Program-made: the position numbers and the translations under genes | Part shown: positions 8,700 through 19,744 of the stretch, one piece after another | How the letters are laid out: the number at the start of each line of letters is the position of its first letter | How positions within the stretch are numbered: position 1 is the stretch's first letter | NCBI GenBank assembly: GCA_024275995.1 | Contig: JAJRYB010000037.1 | Span: forward strand, 4,987 to 68,986 | Reading direction: 5' to 3' | Origin: Planctomycetota bacterium | Lineage (GTDB): Bacteria > Planctomycetota > Phycisphaerae > SM23-33 | Length of the DNA stretch: 64,000 nt | The notes under the pieces: generated by a model | Seen by the model: only the letters and a program-made list of their open reading frames with translations | Told to the model about the DNA's origin: nothing | Database searches by the model: none

Positions 8700-11012
8700 T
8701 TGGCGGATATAAAAGCATCTGCCACATTTGGAGTTCGCATGAATATTGAACCGTTTGGAGATTTTTCCGACGATGGTCTGGAGTACGTAATCACCCGTCC
8801 GCTTGCCCCGCCGAGAGCGCAGGTGAATTTCCTCTGGAATGACATGCTGATTTCGGGGCTCAATCAGTTTGGGACGGGCGATGGCGTTTTCAATAACCAG
8901 ACATTGACCTACAACCACCCCAAGGGGAGAGTGCGCCTTATCCGCGATGGCAGGAGGTATTTCTATCTCCGCGACGTGGAAAACGGCCGATTCTGGAATA
9001 CAGGCTTCGCGCCGATCCATACGAAGGGTGCTCATTTCACCACTTATGTGGGATTGGGGTATTCACGGTTCGACATGGAGTATGATAATATCCTAACCAC
9101 CAGCCGGGTTTTCCTCGCCGGTGACGAACCTGTGGAAATATGGGAATTCACAGTTGAGAATCGCTCGGACTCGGAACGATCGCTGTGGCTGTGCCCTTAC
9201 GTCGAATGGCAGTTGGGCGGATACCCCACCTTCTCGTCGATATATTCATATCTTCGCAGCATCCGGGACAGCATCAATAATGCGGTCCTGAGCTATAACA
9301 CCTCTGAGGAACGCCCCCACGACCGTTACAATGCCTTCCTGGCTACCGATACCGCCTTTGATCTGTGGTGCGGAGGGCGCAGGGACTTTATGGGGCCATT
9401 CGGAACGGTAACTCGCCCGCAGACCTTGCTGGAAGGACAATTCTCCTGCCGGGAAGCCTGGTGCGAGGAACTTGCCGGTGCGATGGCGATTCCCCTTTCC
9501 TTGGCGGCTGGCGAGAAACAGGTGGTGACCGTTCTGCTCGGCTCGTTCGACAGCGACGAAGAAAAGGACCGCCTGATCGACAAGGTGCTGGCCCGGGAGT
9601 ATCGCCGGGACACCTGGGATTCGATCGTCCGGCAGAAACGCCGGATGATTCAGAAGGTATGGGTCGAAACCCCCGATGCCCAGATCAATAGGCTTGTGAA
9701 TATCTGGTCGAAGCAGCAGATCCAACTTTGCGTGGAGTTTGGACGGGATGGCGCACGAGGATTCCGCGACACGTTACAGGACGCATGGGGAATCGCCCCG
9801 TTCAATGCCTCATTGGCCAAGGCAAAGATCAAGGAGGCCCTTGCCCATCAATACAAGGACGGGCACACCGTGCGCGGCTGGCTTCCATTGCAGCCGAACC
9901 ACTACTCCGATGGCCCGGCGTGGGTAGCGCCAACAGTGGCAGCCTATCTTCAGGAAACAGGACACGCCGATTTTCTCCGTGAAAGTGTCCCATATCTCGA
10001 TGGAGGCCAGGCCACGGTCCTGGAACATATGCTGACCGGAGTACGTCATCTCAGCGAAGACACCGGCCTTCATGGCTTGGTGCTCGCCCATGAAGGCGAT
10101 TGGAACGATTCGTTGAATTGGATGGGACGAGAAGGCAAAGGCGAGAGCGTCTGGACGTCGATCGCGTTATATCATTCCTGCAACGTAATCGCGGAGATGG
10201 CCGGGAAACTCCTGCTCGATGGCGAACTTCAGCAGGAGATGACAAGTCGGTCCGAACGCATCGCCTCCACCGTTGAAACTCATGGGTGGGAAGATAACGA
10301 AGCGGGAGGCTGGTACCTGGCCGGATGGAGCGATTTCGGTAACCCGGTTGGATCCTTTTCCAACACCGAAGGCAAAGTCTTTCTCAATCCACAGACGTGG
10401 GCATTGATGACCGGCCTGGCGAAGGGGCGCCGCCGCCAGGCATGTCTGCGAGCTATTGACGAAGAACTGGATTCGCCGCATGGTTCTCTGACGCTCTGGC
10501 CTGCCTACACCGCCGGCGATGAAAACGTAGGTCGTGTAACTATGATTCTGCCGGGAATGTACGAGAACGGCACGCCTTATTGTCATGGCACGGCGTTCAA
10601 GATCATTGCCGATCTCGTGATGGGAAGGGCGAACCAGGCGCTGGCCAGTTGGATCAAAGTCATGCCCGATAACCCCGATCATCCGTCTTGCGTTTCAGGC
10701 TGTGAACCATACGCGTTCACCAATCAGTACCTTGGGCCCACCAATGGCCGGGCGGGGGATTCCATCAGCGGATGGATTACAGGGACGGCAGGCTGGATGT
10801 TCCGCGCGGTAGTAGAATATTTCTGTGGGATCAAACCGGACTATCACGGGTTCACAATCCAGCCTTGCCTGCCTGACACCTGGCCGACCGTACGCATTCG
10901 GCGGGATTTGCGCGGTCGCAACTACGACATCCGAATCCAAAAAACCGACGACGGGTATTCCATTCTGCTGGACGGACAGTCTTATGACGGAGGGCTTATC
11001 CCTTTCAAATGA
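8700..11012 (+). CDS. GH94 glycoside phosphorylase (cellobiose/cellodextrin/laminaribiose phosphorylase family)
   Basis: 770 aa. Carries GH94 N-terminal beta-sandwich and catalytic-region motifs (HEGDWNDSLNWMG, NGTPYCHGTAFKI). Paralog of the 4825-7221 protein. Confidence 0.75.
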   Translation: MADIKASATFGVRMNIEPFGDFSDDGLEYVITRPLAPPRAQVNFLWNDMLISGLNQFGTGDGVFNNQTLTYNHPKGRVRLIRDGRRYFYLRDVENGRFWNTGFAPIHTKGAHFTTYVGLGYSRFDMEYDNILTTSRVFLAGDEPVEIWEFTVENRSDSERSLWLCPYVEWQLGGYPTFSSIYSYLRSIRDSINNAVLSYNTSEERPHDRYNAFLATDTAFDLWCGGRRDFMGPFGTVTRPQTLLEGQFSCREAWCEELAGAMAIPLSLAAGEKQVVTVLLGSFDSDEEKDRLIDKVLAREYRRDTWDSIVRQKRRMIQKVWVETPDAQINRLVNIWSKQQIQLCVEFGRDGARGFRDTLQDAWGIAPFNASLAKAKIKEALAHQYKDGHTVRGWLPLQPNHYSDGPAWVAPTVAAYLQETGHADFLRESVPYLDGGQATVLEHMLTGVRHLSEDTGLHGLVLAHEGDWNDSLNWMGREGKGESVWTSIALYHSCNVIAEMAGKLLLDGELQQEMTSRSERIASTVETHGWEDNEAGGWYLAGWSDFGNPVGSFSNTEGKVFLNPQTWALMTGLAKGRRRQACLRAIDEELDSPHGSLTLWPAYTAGDENVGRVTMILPGMYENGTPYCHGTAFKIIADLVMGRANQALASWIKVMPDNPDHPSCVSGCEPYAFTNQYLGPTNGRAGDSISGWITGTAGWMFRAVVEYFCGIKPDYHGFTIQPCLPDTWPTVRIRRDLRGRNYDIRIQKTDDGYSILLDGQSYDGGLIPFK

Positions 11013-11095
11013 TCGGAAAAGCAAAAAACGGGCGTGGAAATCGCGGCGTAATGCCCCTCCCGAAAATGCCCGGTTTTAATTTTTTTTCGAGGACA
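11013..11095 (+). terminator. Putative intrinsic terminator after GH94
   Basis: AAAACGGGCG ... GCCCGGTTTT stem (about 11026-11076) followed by the T-rich run TTTTAATTTTTTTT. The loop is long, so confidence is low. Confidence 0.3.
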
Positions 11096-11197
11096 CAGAA
11101 TCAGAGGTAATTCCCTGCCGGGGACAAGCTTAGACGTCCTCGCCGCTGCGGCGGGAATTGGGGCGCCTGTTTTGTTTGCTCATCCGCAGATTATTGG

Positions 11198-11226
11198 CTT
11201 GACAACCCGCAGTTTTCGGTTATAAA
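11198..11226 (+). promoter_or_regulatory. Sigma70-like promoter (TTGACA-N16-TATAAA) upstream of the PEP-CTERM gene, with a ~225-nt leader
   Basis: TTGACAacccgcagttttcggtTATAAA read directly. The next gene starts at 11452. Confidence 0.4.
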
Positions 11227-11451
11227 AGGCGTAGTTAAACGCATCACCTCCCTTGATGGAGCGCATCATCGGCCGTTTGTCTGTTACGGCAAGAGAGTGG
11301 ATGTGAGGACTATACAAAGATGCCTGATCGCAAGGAAGGAGGGTCGTGCAAGGCGGGCGGGATGATGAAAGCGCCGAAATCGGAGAGAAGGTTCCAAACT
11401 GGGTAATCGGAGAGCAACAAGACGATGGACACTAGAGTAAAGGAGCGAAAG

Positions 11452-12042
11452 ATGAAAACTAGATTGACATTACTGGCTGTGGGGCTGATCACATTGGTGG
11501 CGGCGTCGCCGTCTATGGCGGCTACGATCGTCCTGTTTGATGATGACCCTCAGAACGGAATGGGTTACTTCAACAGCGAGCAATCCAATGAGCAGGTGTA
11601 CGCCGGCATCTACTCCGCAAAGATGGATCGGGGTGCATGGTCTGAGGCCGGACTCATCGGCAACACAACGACGGACGCGGACTCCACCATCGTCACCTTA
11701 GAGTTCTACGTCGCCAGCGGAAGCTTAGGGGAGACGACCATTATCACGAATGGGCCAGGTGTGGTATACAACAACGGTAATTCCGCCTATTGGACCGTCA
11801 ACGGTAACCCCGGCAATACCGGCGATATCACCGTGGGGTCGTGGCACACGCTGACGTTCGACCTGACACTGAATACGAACTACACCCCCGGAACAGACAA
11901 CTTCGCACGGTTGGCCCTCAAGCCCGGCAGGGACGGAATGGTTGCATACCTCGACGATGCTAGCCTGGTTCCCGAGCCGGCAACGATGAGCCTGCTCGCC
12001 ATAGGCGGTATTGGCGTGTTGCTGCGCCGCAAACGCCGCTGA
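11452..12042 (+). CDS. Secreted PEP-CTERM sorting-domain protein
   Basis: RBS AAGGAG then ATG at 11452. Signal peptide MKTRLTLLAVGLITLVAASPSMA. C-terminal VPEPATMSLLAIGGIGVLLRRKRR is a textbook PEP-CTERM (PEP motif, TM helix, basic tail) at 11968-12039. Confidence 0.8.
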   Translation: MKTRLTLLAVGLITLVAASPSMAATIVLFDDDPQNGMGYFNSEQSNEQVYAGIYSAKMDRGAWSEAGLIGNTTTDADSTIVTLEFYVASGSLGETTIITNGPGVVYNNGNSAYWTVNGNPGNTGDITVGSWHTLTFDLTLNTNYTPGTDNFARLALKPGRDGMVAYLDDASLVPEPATMSLLAIGGIGVLLRRKRR

Positions 12043-12214
12043 AAGCACAGGTATGGTCTGGAATGAATGCTTGACGTGTTGACAGCAGAGGCCCTGCCTG
12101 GCGTGCCTTTGAGGCTGTACCTGCCCGTGATGGGCATGAGGCATGCCGGGGGGGGCTTTGCGCGGAGTGTGTGCTCCCATATTCGGGTATTCATGGCTGA
12201 AGGTGGTGGCTCCC

Positions 12215-12979
12215 ATGAAGATGGCTCGTTCCATATTGTTCTCGCCGACAGGCGCGTCGTCCAACTCGCGCCGGGGGCGAGGCCGCTCCCTGCACGGTTT
12301 TACATTGATCGAACTTTTGGTGGTGATCGCGATTCTGGCTCTGCTGGTGAGCATTCTGGTACCGTCATTGCGGCAGGCGCAGGACTTGGCCAAAACGGTG
12401 GTCTGCGCCTCCAACATGCGCGGCCTGGCCCAGGCGACCGCGTTCTACGCCACGGAGCGCGGCGGCTACCTGCCGAGGGCGGCTACACATTATGACAGCC
12501 TGACCTTTGCCGGTATCACTCGCACCGACGTCTGGGTGCCGTGGTACTCCAACCTGTACATCGGGGAGTTCTTCGACAACGAGCGTGTGGGCGCGTCGGC
12601 ATTTCCCCCGAAACAGCAAGGCAGCGGTTCGGAGATAGCCTATTGCCCGTCCTTCAAGAGGACGGTCAACGAGATGGCCACGGGAATCGGGTACAATTAC
12701 GTCTGGAACTGTGCGTTCACGGATGAGAAGGGGGGCCCGACGCTCTTCTCTGACTTCGACGTTCCACAAAAGGTGATCCTCTTTGCCGATTCCTACAGCA
12801 GCTATACGCTGGACCGGGTGAATCACGTTCCAAGCGAATGGGGCAAAGACCCCATGTATCGCCATCAGAACAAACTCAACGTCGCGCTGGCCGACGGACA
12901 CGTCGAGAGCAGCGACGACCTCGAGGCCGACTGCGACGACGACGTGTTTACCGTCCGGGCTAACTCGAAATCCAACTGA
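12215..12979 (+). CDS. Prepilin-type N-terminal cleavage/methylation domain protein (DUF1559, H-X9-DG pseudopilin)
   Basis: Class III signal/N-methylation motif GFTLIELLVVIAILALLVSILVP (from 12296). C-terminal HQNKLNVALADGH is the H-X9-DG motif at 12863-12898. The start is ambiguous; the ORF opens at 12143. Confidence 0.75.
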   Translation: MKMARSILFSPTGASSNSRRGRGRSLHGFTLIELLVVIAILALLVSILVPSLRQAQDLAKTVVCASNMRGLAQATAFYATERGGYLPRAATHYDSLTFAGITRTDVWVPWYSNLYIGEFFDNERVGASAFPPKQQGSGSEIAYCPSFKRTVNEMATGIGYNYVWNCAFTDEKGGPTLFSDFDVPQKVILFADSYSSYTLDRVNHVPSEWGKDPMYRHQNKLNVALADGHVESSDDLEADCDDDVFTVRANSKSN

Positions 12980-13005
12980 TTCCCTTACTCTAGCAGGAGA
13001 CCATC

Positions 13006-15783
13006 ATGCATCATCCCAACAAAACTGCCTTCTTCCTCCTCGCTGTCGTCGCAACGGTAGTGATGCCGACGCTCGCGACGGCGGGCGAAAAGCCTCTCTT
13101 CGATTTCGACCGTCTCGATCTGAAGACCCAGGTCCGCCTGGACGACACCAGCGCCCGGATCGTGACCCATGAGGGCGCCAAGGCGCTGGAGATCACGTTC
13201 GGGCAAAAGAGGAAGTGGCCCGGCCTGGCCATCCTGGCCCCCGGCGGCGCGATGGACCTGTCCGCCTTCAGCCGGGTCGAGCTGACCGTCTTCAATCCCG
13301 GCAGCGAGAAAATCAGCGTGAGCTGTCGCGTGGATAACGCCGGCGCCGACGGCCGGAAGAACTGCAACACCGCCGCGGGCATTATCAAGCCCGGCGAGAC
13401 CAAGACGATAACCGTGCGGTTCGGCTATTCCTGGGGCCAGAAGGGGGCCGACCTCGACCTGACGAAGGTGACTCAAATCCTCATCTTTGGAGACAGGGCG
13501 CAGGCCGACCGTTCGATCATCGTGACGTCCGTGAAGGCGACGGGCAAGGCTGCGGCGGTGCCGGCTGCGACGAAGGCGCCCGACCCGCTGGAGTTCAGCG
13601 CCGGTTTCGCGAAGTTTGACGCCTCTTTCCGCCTGGGCCAGTCGGGTGGCGGGACGGGGCGCCTGATCGATCTCGACGGTGGAAAGGCGCTGGAGATCTC
13701 CTACGAGCCCGCGAAGTGGCCGGGCGTGATCATCCTCCCTCCGATGGGCACGGTGTGGAATTTCTCGAAGTTCAGCCAGTTGGATTTTGACATCGAGAAC
13801 CCCGGCAAGACCGCCGTTCACGTTGGTTTTCGCGTGGACAACAAACCCGACGGCAAGAGTTGCAGCGTGAGTTCGGAACGTTTGAAGCCGGGCCAGAGGA
13901 AGACCGTCTCGGTGCGGTTTGGGTACTCCTGGGGCCGAGTCGGCTACCCGCTGGACGCCTCGCGAATCACGCAGTTGTTGATCTACACGAGCAATCCCAA
14001 GGAAGCGGGACGGTTCATCATCCGATCGATCACACCGTCCGGCAAGGCCCCGGCGATCCCAAAAACGCCCAAGCCGAAGAAACTGCCCGCGACATTCAGC
14101 TTCGAAGACGAGGAAGGCATTGTTCTCACCGGGGGCGAAATCACACGGGCCGTCGGCGAGGTGATCGAGGGCAAGGCGTCGCTGCTGGGCGACAGCCGGG
14201 GCAAACGCATCACGCACTTCGAGTTCGTGGCGACGGATGCGGGAACGCTGGTTCCGGGCTACAACTATCGCATCACGTTCAAATATCGCGTGTTGCGGGC
14301 GAGCCCCGGAGCGGTATTCTACATTTTCCTCCGCTCGAAGAGCCAGGGTTGGGGCCGATGGGATCGCGGCTGGACGGACTATGCCGACCTGTCCGAGCAG
14401 GTCGGCAAGACCAAGACCGCCAGTATTGACGTCGGCCTGGACATCCTGCCCGACTACCGCATCCACTTCGGCATCAAGGGCGATACGCGGGTGGTCAAGG
14501 GCGATGCGCGGGTGGTCGTCGACGAGATGACCGTAACGCAGGGCAAGCCCTACAAATTGGAAACCCGCGAGAGCAAGCTGGTCAAGGCCATCCCGCCCGA
14601 GGCGAAGGTGGTCCTCTCGCTGGACTTCGAGCAGGATGCTGCCGGAACGGTTGAAATGCAGCGCGCCAAGGTCGTCGGCGCACCTCGGCGGCTGCAAGGG
14701 AGCAAGAGCCTTCTTCTCGATAGCACGAGCACGGGCAAGCAGTGGAATACGTTCCTCTCCACGCTCGACAAAACCCTCTTCAAGCCCGGCCACCGCTACT
14801 ACGTCACGTTTCGCTATAAGCAACTCGCCCCCTTCGCCGAGGGAGGCTACGGCAACGTATATCTCCGCCCGAACGGCGAGCGGGAGAAAGACATCGGCTG
14901 GAAGAAATTCAGGATGATGCCCGGCTACGTCGGCTGGTTCTACCAGAGCATCGATGTTCGCGAGGATCGGCCGTATCAGTTGTTCCTGGGGATACACCGC
15001 GGCGGCAAGGTCGCCATCGACGAACTGACGATCCGCGAGTTGCCGATTCCGCCCAGAAAGATCGATGACCGCAAGCCGCTCGTGCGAACCAAAGACAATC
15101 TCGTGTTTGCGGATGAATTCGACGGCAAGACGATCAACGAGAAGGTGTGGACCCGTCTGGGCGATTACCCCCGCAAGGGCGCGTGGTGGATCAAGTCCCA
15201 GGCCTACCTCAACGGCAAGGGGCACCTGGTCCTGAAGTTCGATAAGGAAGCCAACGGACGGTACGTCAGCGGTGGGCTGAGCTCCGAGGGCAAGTACACA
15301 TTCAAGTACGGCTACGTGGAAGTGCGGATGAAGAACCCGACCCAGCCGGGACACTGGCCGGGCGCCTGGCTGTTCACCCAAAGCGTCAATAAAGTCGGCA
15401 ACGACGGACGCGACGGGACCGAGGTGGACATCGTCGAGGCTCCGTGGCGGAAGATCGACAAGATCAGCCACGGGCTGCACTGGGACGGATATGGCCCGGA
15501 CCACCAGGTCCGCTCCCACACGCCGATAATCAAGGGAATCAACGAGGGGTGGCACACCTACGGCGTGGATTGGTCGGAAGACGGCTACATCTTCTTCGTC
15601 GATGGTAAGGAGACGTGGCGAACGGACGCCGGCGGCAGCAGCCGGGTGCCGCTGCACCTGCTGCTGACGGACGAGATGACCCCCGGCGGCGGATGGGCGG
15701 GCAGCCCCGAGAACTCGACCTGGCCGGACTACACGTACTTCGACTACATCCGCGTCTGGCAGGCGAAAGCACCCGGCAAATGA
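13006..15783 (+). CDS. Secreted multidomain GH16 beta-glucanase (laminarinase-like) with duplicated N-terminal modules and CBM-like domains
   Basis: Signal peptide MHHPNKTAFFLLAVVATVVMPTLATA. Two tandem ~190-aa repeats share KALEI/KWPG/NPG/RVDN/KPG..KT.SVRFGYSWG. Two beta-sandwich CBM-like segments follow. The C-terminal GH16 domain has the catalytic ExDxxE motif TEVDIVE at 15421-15438. Confidence 0.85.
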   Translation: MHHPNKTAFFLLAVVATVVMPTLATAGEKPLFDFDRLDLKTQVRLDDTSARIVTHEGAKALEITFGQKRKWPGLAILAPGGAMDLSAFSRVELTVFNPGSEKISVSCRVDNAGADGRKNCNTAAGIIKPGETKTITVRFGYSWGQKGADLDLTKVTQILIFGDRAQADRSIIVTSVKATGKAAAVPAATKAPDPLEFSAGFAKFDASFRLGQSGGGTGRLIDLDGGKALEISYEPAKWPGVIILPPMGTVWNFSKFSQLDFDIENPGKTAVHVGFRVDNKPDGKSCSVSSERLKPGQRKTVSVRFGYSWGRVGYPLDASRITQLLIYTSNPKEAGRFIIRSITPSGKAPAIPKTPKPKKLPATFSFEDEEGIVLTGGEITRAVGEVIEGKASLLGDSRGKRITHFEFVATDAGTLVPGYNYRITFKYRVLRASPGAVFYIFLRSKSQGWGRWDRGWTDYADLSEQVGKTKTASIDVGLDILPDYRIHFGIKGDTRVVKGDARVVVDEMTVTQGKPYKLETRESKLVKAIPPEAKVVLSLDFEQDAAGTVEMQRAKVVGAPRRLQGSKSLLLDSTSTGKQWNTFLSTLDKTLFKPGHRYYVTFRYKQLAPFAEGGYGNVYLRPNGEREKDIGWKKFRMMPGYVGWFYQSIDVREDRPYQLFLGIHRGGKVAIDELTIRELPIPPRKIDDRKPLVRTKDNLVFADEFDGKTINEKVWTRLGDYPRKGAWWIKSQAYLNGKGHLVLKFDKEANGRYVSGGLSSEGKYTFKYGYVEVRMKNPTQPGHWPGAWLFTQSVNKVGNDGRDGTEVDIVEAPWRKIDKISHGLHWDGYGPDHQVRSHTPIIKGINEGWHTYGVDWSEDGYIFFVDGKETWRTDAGGSSRVPLHLLLTDEMTPGGGWAGSPENSTWPDYTYFDYIRVWQAKAPGK

Positions 15784-15972
15784 CCTGTCGCATGGCATGA
15801 CTGCGGACTGCATTGCCCCACTGGTCATGATTACTATTCGGTCCCGCGAAAAACAGAGACAGTTTCGTTTCCGGGAACAGTTGCTCCATCCGGCGTCGGA
15901 ATCGATTGACAGCCCCACCCGGCGGTGATACAGTATTCGGCTACCCGGAGTCGGGGAAAGAGCATAGGAGCC

Positions 15973-16365
15973 ATGAACATGGCCGAAGACCTGAGCGGAA
16001 AGACGATCCTGATCGTAGACGACGATCGGGACATTCTGACTGCCCTGGAAACTGCGTTGGGCGAACTTGGCGCGGAGATCGTAACCGCATCCGACGGTAA
16101 CGCCGCCGTCGCCGAGGCACAGAGCAGGCAGCCGGACCTGGTGATCCTGGATATGATGCTCCCCAAGCGGAGCGGTTTCCTGGTGATGGAAAAAATTCGC
16201 CGGGACAAGAAAGAGAAATCCGATCCGCCGAGAGTGATCATGATCACGGGCAACCAGGGCAGCAGGCACAAGGTATACGCCGAAAGCCTCGGCGTGGACA
16301 GGTACATGAACAAGCCGTTCCGAATGGAGAAACTGCTCGAAGCGGTGAAGGCGCTGTTGGACTGA
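15973..16365 (+). CDS. Single-domain response regulator (CheY-like receiver)
   Basis: ILIVDDDRDILTALETALGELGAEIVTASDG...LVILDMMLPKRSGF...KP carries the phospho-acceptor Asp context. An RBS-like AGGAG lies before the ATG at 15973. Confidence 0.8.
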   Translation: MNMAEDLSGKTILIVDDDRDILTALETALGELGAEIVTASDGNAAVAEAQSRQPDLVILDMMLPKRSGFLVMEKIRRDKKEKSDPPRVIMITGNQGSRHKVYAESLGVDRYMNKPFRMEKLLEAVKALLD

Positions 16366-16536
16366 ATTCGCTCCTCGGGCTTCGCGCATGACAAAAGACT
16401 TGCCCAGGGTGGGCATTGCCGCTACAGTGGCGGCGTAAACGGGATGGAAAAGGAATAACGACGGGACAATGACCGAAGGCTGTTCGCCGCGGAGAAGGGT
16501 AAGAGGCCCGCAGGCGAACCAGGCAAGTGAGATTTA

Positions 16537-16806
16537 ATGAGCATTACGGCAGAGACGAAAAATCAGATCGTAGAAGAACACAAACGGCATGACGGCGATA
16601 CGGGTTCGGCGGAGGTGCAGGTCGCACTGCTTACGGCGCGCATCAACCACCTGTCCGAACATCTGAAAACGCACAAGAAGGACCACGCCTCGCGTCGAGG
16701 GCTGCTGAAAATGGTAGGCCAACGCAGCAGCCTGCTCAAATACCTCTCCAAGAGAGCCCCGCAGCGATACCAGCAACTCATCCAGAAACTGGGCCTGCGC
16801 AAGTAA
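16537..16806 (+). CDS. rpsO: 30S ribosomal protein S15
   Basis: 89 aa: [70 protein letters not shown]. This is canonical S15, in the conserved position upstream of pnp. Confidence 0.95.
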   Translation: MSITAETKNQIVEEHKRHDGDTGSAEVQVALLTARINHLSEHLKTHKKDHASRRGLLKMVGQRSSLLKYLSKRAPQRYQQLIQKLGLRK

Positions 16807-17031
16807 CGCTTCTGCCCCGGCGTGCAGACGACCATGACAGGCATGTTATACGAGTCCTCGCACCATGTGGCGTTTCGTCATGCGCGCGCAAGAGTCGCAA
16901 TCGGGATGAGAACCCTGAAAAAAACAAAAGGTAAGGTTTGAAAATCCATGCCGGCAGGACGTCGGCAAGGAAGTAACGGAAGCCGGAAAGAAAGAGAAAG
17001 TCGGCTGGCAGAGAAGAGAAAGAGAAGAGAA

Positions 17032-19128
<2,097 letters not shown>

Positions 19129-19166
19129 TAGTAGTTGAAAGCTTCTTCGATTGACAATTGCCCGCA

Positions 19167-19195
19167 TTCCCGGGAGCGAATCGGTCGCTCCCGGG
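19167..19195 (+). terminator. Strong hairpin downstream of pnp (possible terminator or processing site)
   Basis: TCCCGGGAGCG-aatcggt-CGCTCCCGGGA is a perfect 11-bp stem, 39 nt after the pnp stop. There is no clear U-tract. A TTGACA -35-like box for cspA sits at 19150-19155. Confidence 0.4.
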
Positions 19196-19434
19196 AGCGG
19201 GATTCCATGTCGAACGGATCGGTCGGGAAGTCCCGGCTGGACATATCGCAGAAAAGAAATGTATGCTTTGCCCGGCCGGGAAGTGCGTTCCGGCAGGGTT
19301 GATTGTTTAAGAATCTCTAATGGAATGCGTTGTGTTAGAGATTCCAGTACCTCCGCTGCTTGATTAGTGCAGGGCGCGGTCGTTGTGCGATGGTTTTTCG
19401 CGCGGCGAGTGATTAGGCTCGGGAGGTGGCGTTC

Positions 19435-19674
19435 ATGACAACAGGGAAGGTCAAGTGGTTCGACCCGAAGAAGGGTTACGGATTCATTATCGGCGAAGAG
19501 GAGCAGGACGTATTTGTCCACTACACCTCGATTGCCGGGGACGGTTTTCGCGCCTTGAAGGACGGCGAAACCGTTGATTACGAGCTGGTGAAAGGCGATA
19601 AGGGCTTTCAGGCGCGTAATGTAGTCAGACCCGACGCGACGGACGAACCTCAAGAGCAACAGCCGACCGCGTGA
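19435..19674 (+). CDS. cspA: Cold-shock protein (CspA family)
   Basis: MTTGKVKWFDPKKGYGFIIGEEEQDVFVHYTSI has the RNP1/RNP2 cold-shock-domain motifs. A long leader upstream is typical of csp genes. Confidence 0.9.
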   Translation: MTTGKVKWFDPKKGYGFIIGEEEQDVFVHYTSIAGDGFRALKDGETVDYELVKGDKGFQARNVVRPDATDEPQEQQPTA

Positions 19675-19744
19675 CCCTTTTCCTCGCGGAAGCGAAAAGC
19701 GGTAGAAGGTTCTGACACACCGCCTTCGCGCAGAAGGGAATCGG

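Noticed and set aside
8690-8706. Sigma-54-like TGGCGG-N-GCA element upstream of the second GH94
   Set aside because: The GG to GC spacing is 11 rather than 10 and there is no TTGC. It is not convincing as a -24/-12 promoter.
12985-16416. 1143-aa minus-strand ORF
   Set aside because: It is fully antisense to the well-supported GH16 gene and has low-complexity R/A/G/L composition and no motifs. It is a typical GC3-driven antisense open frame.
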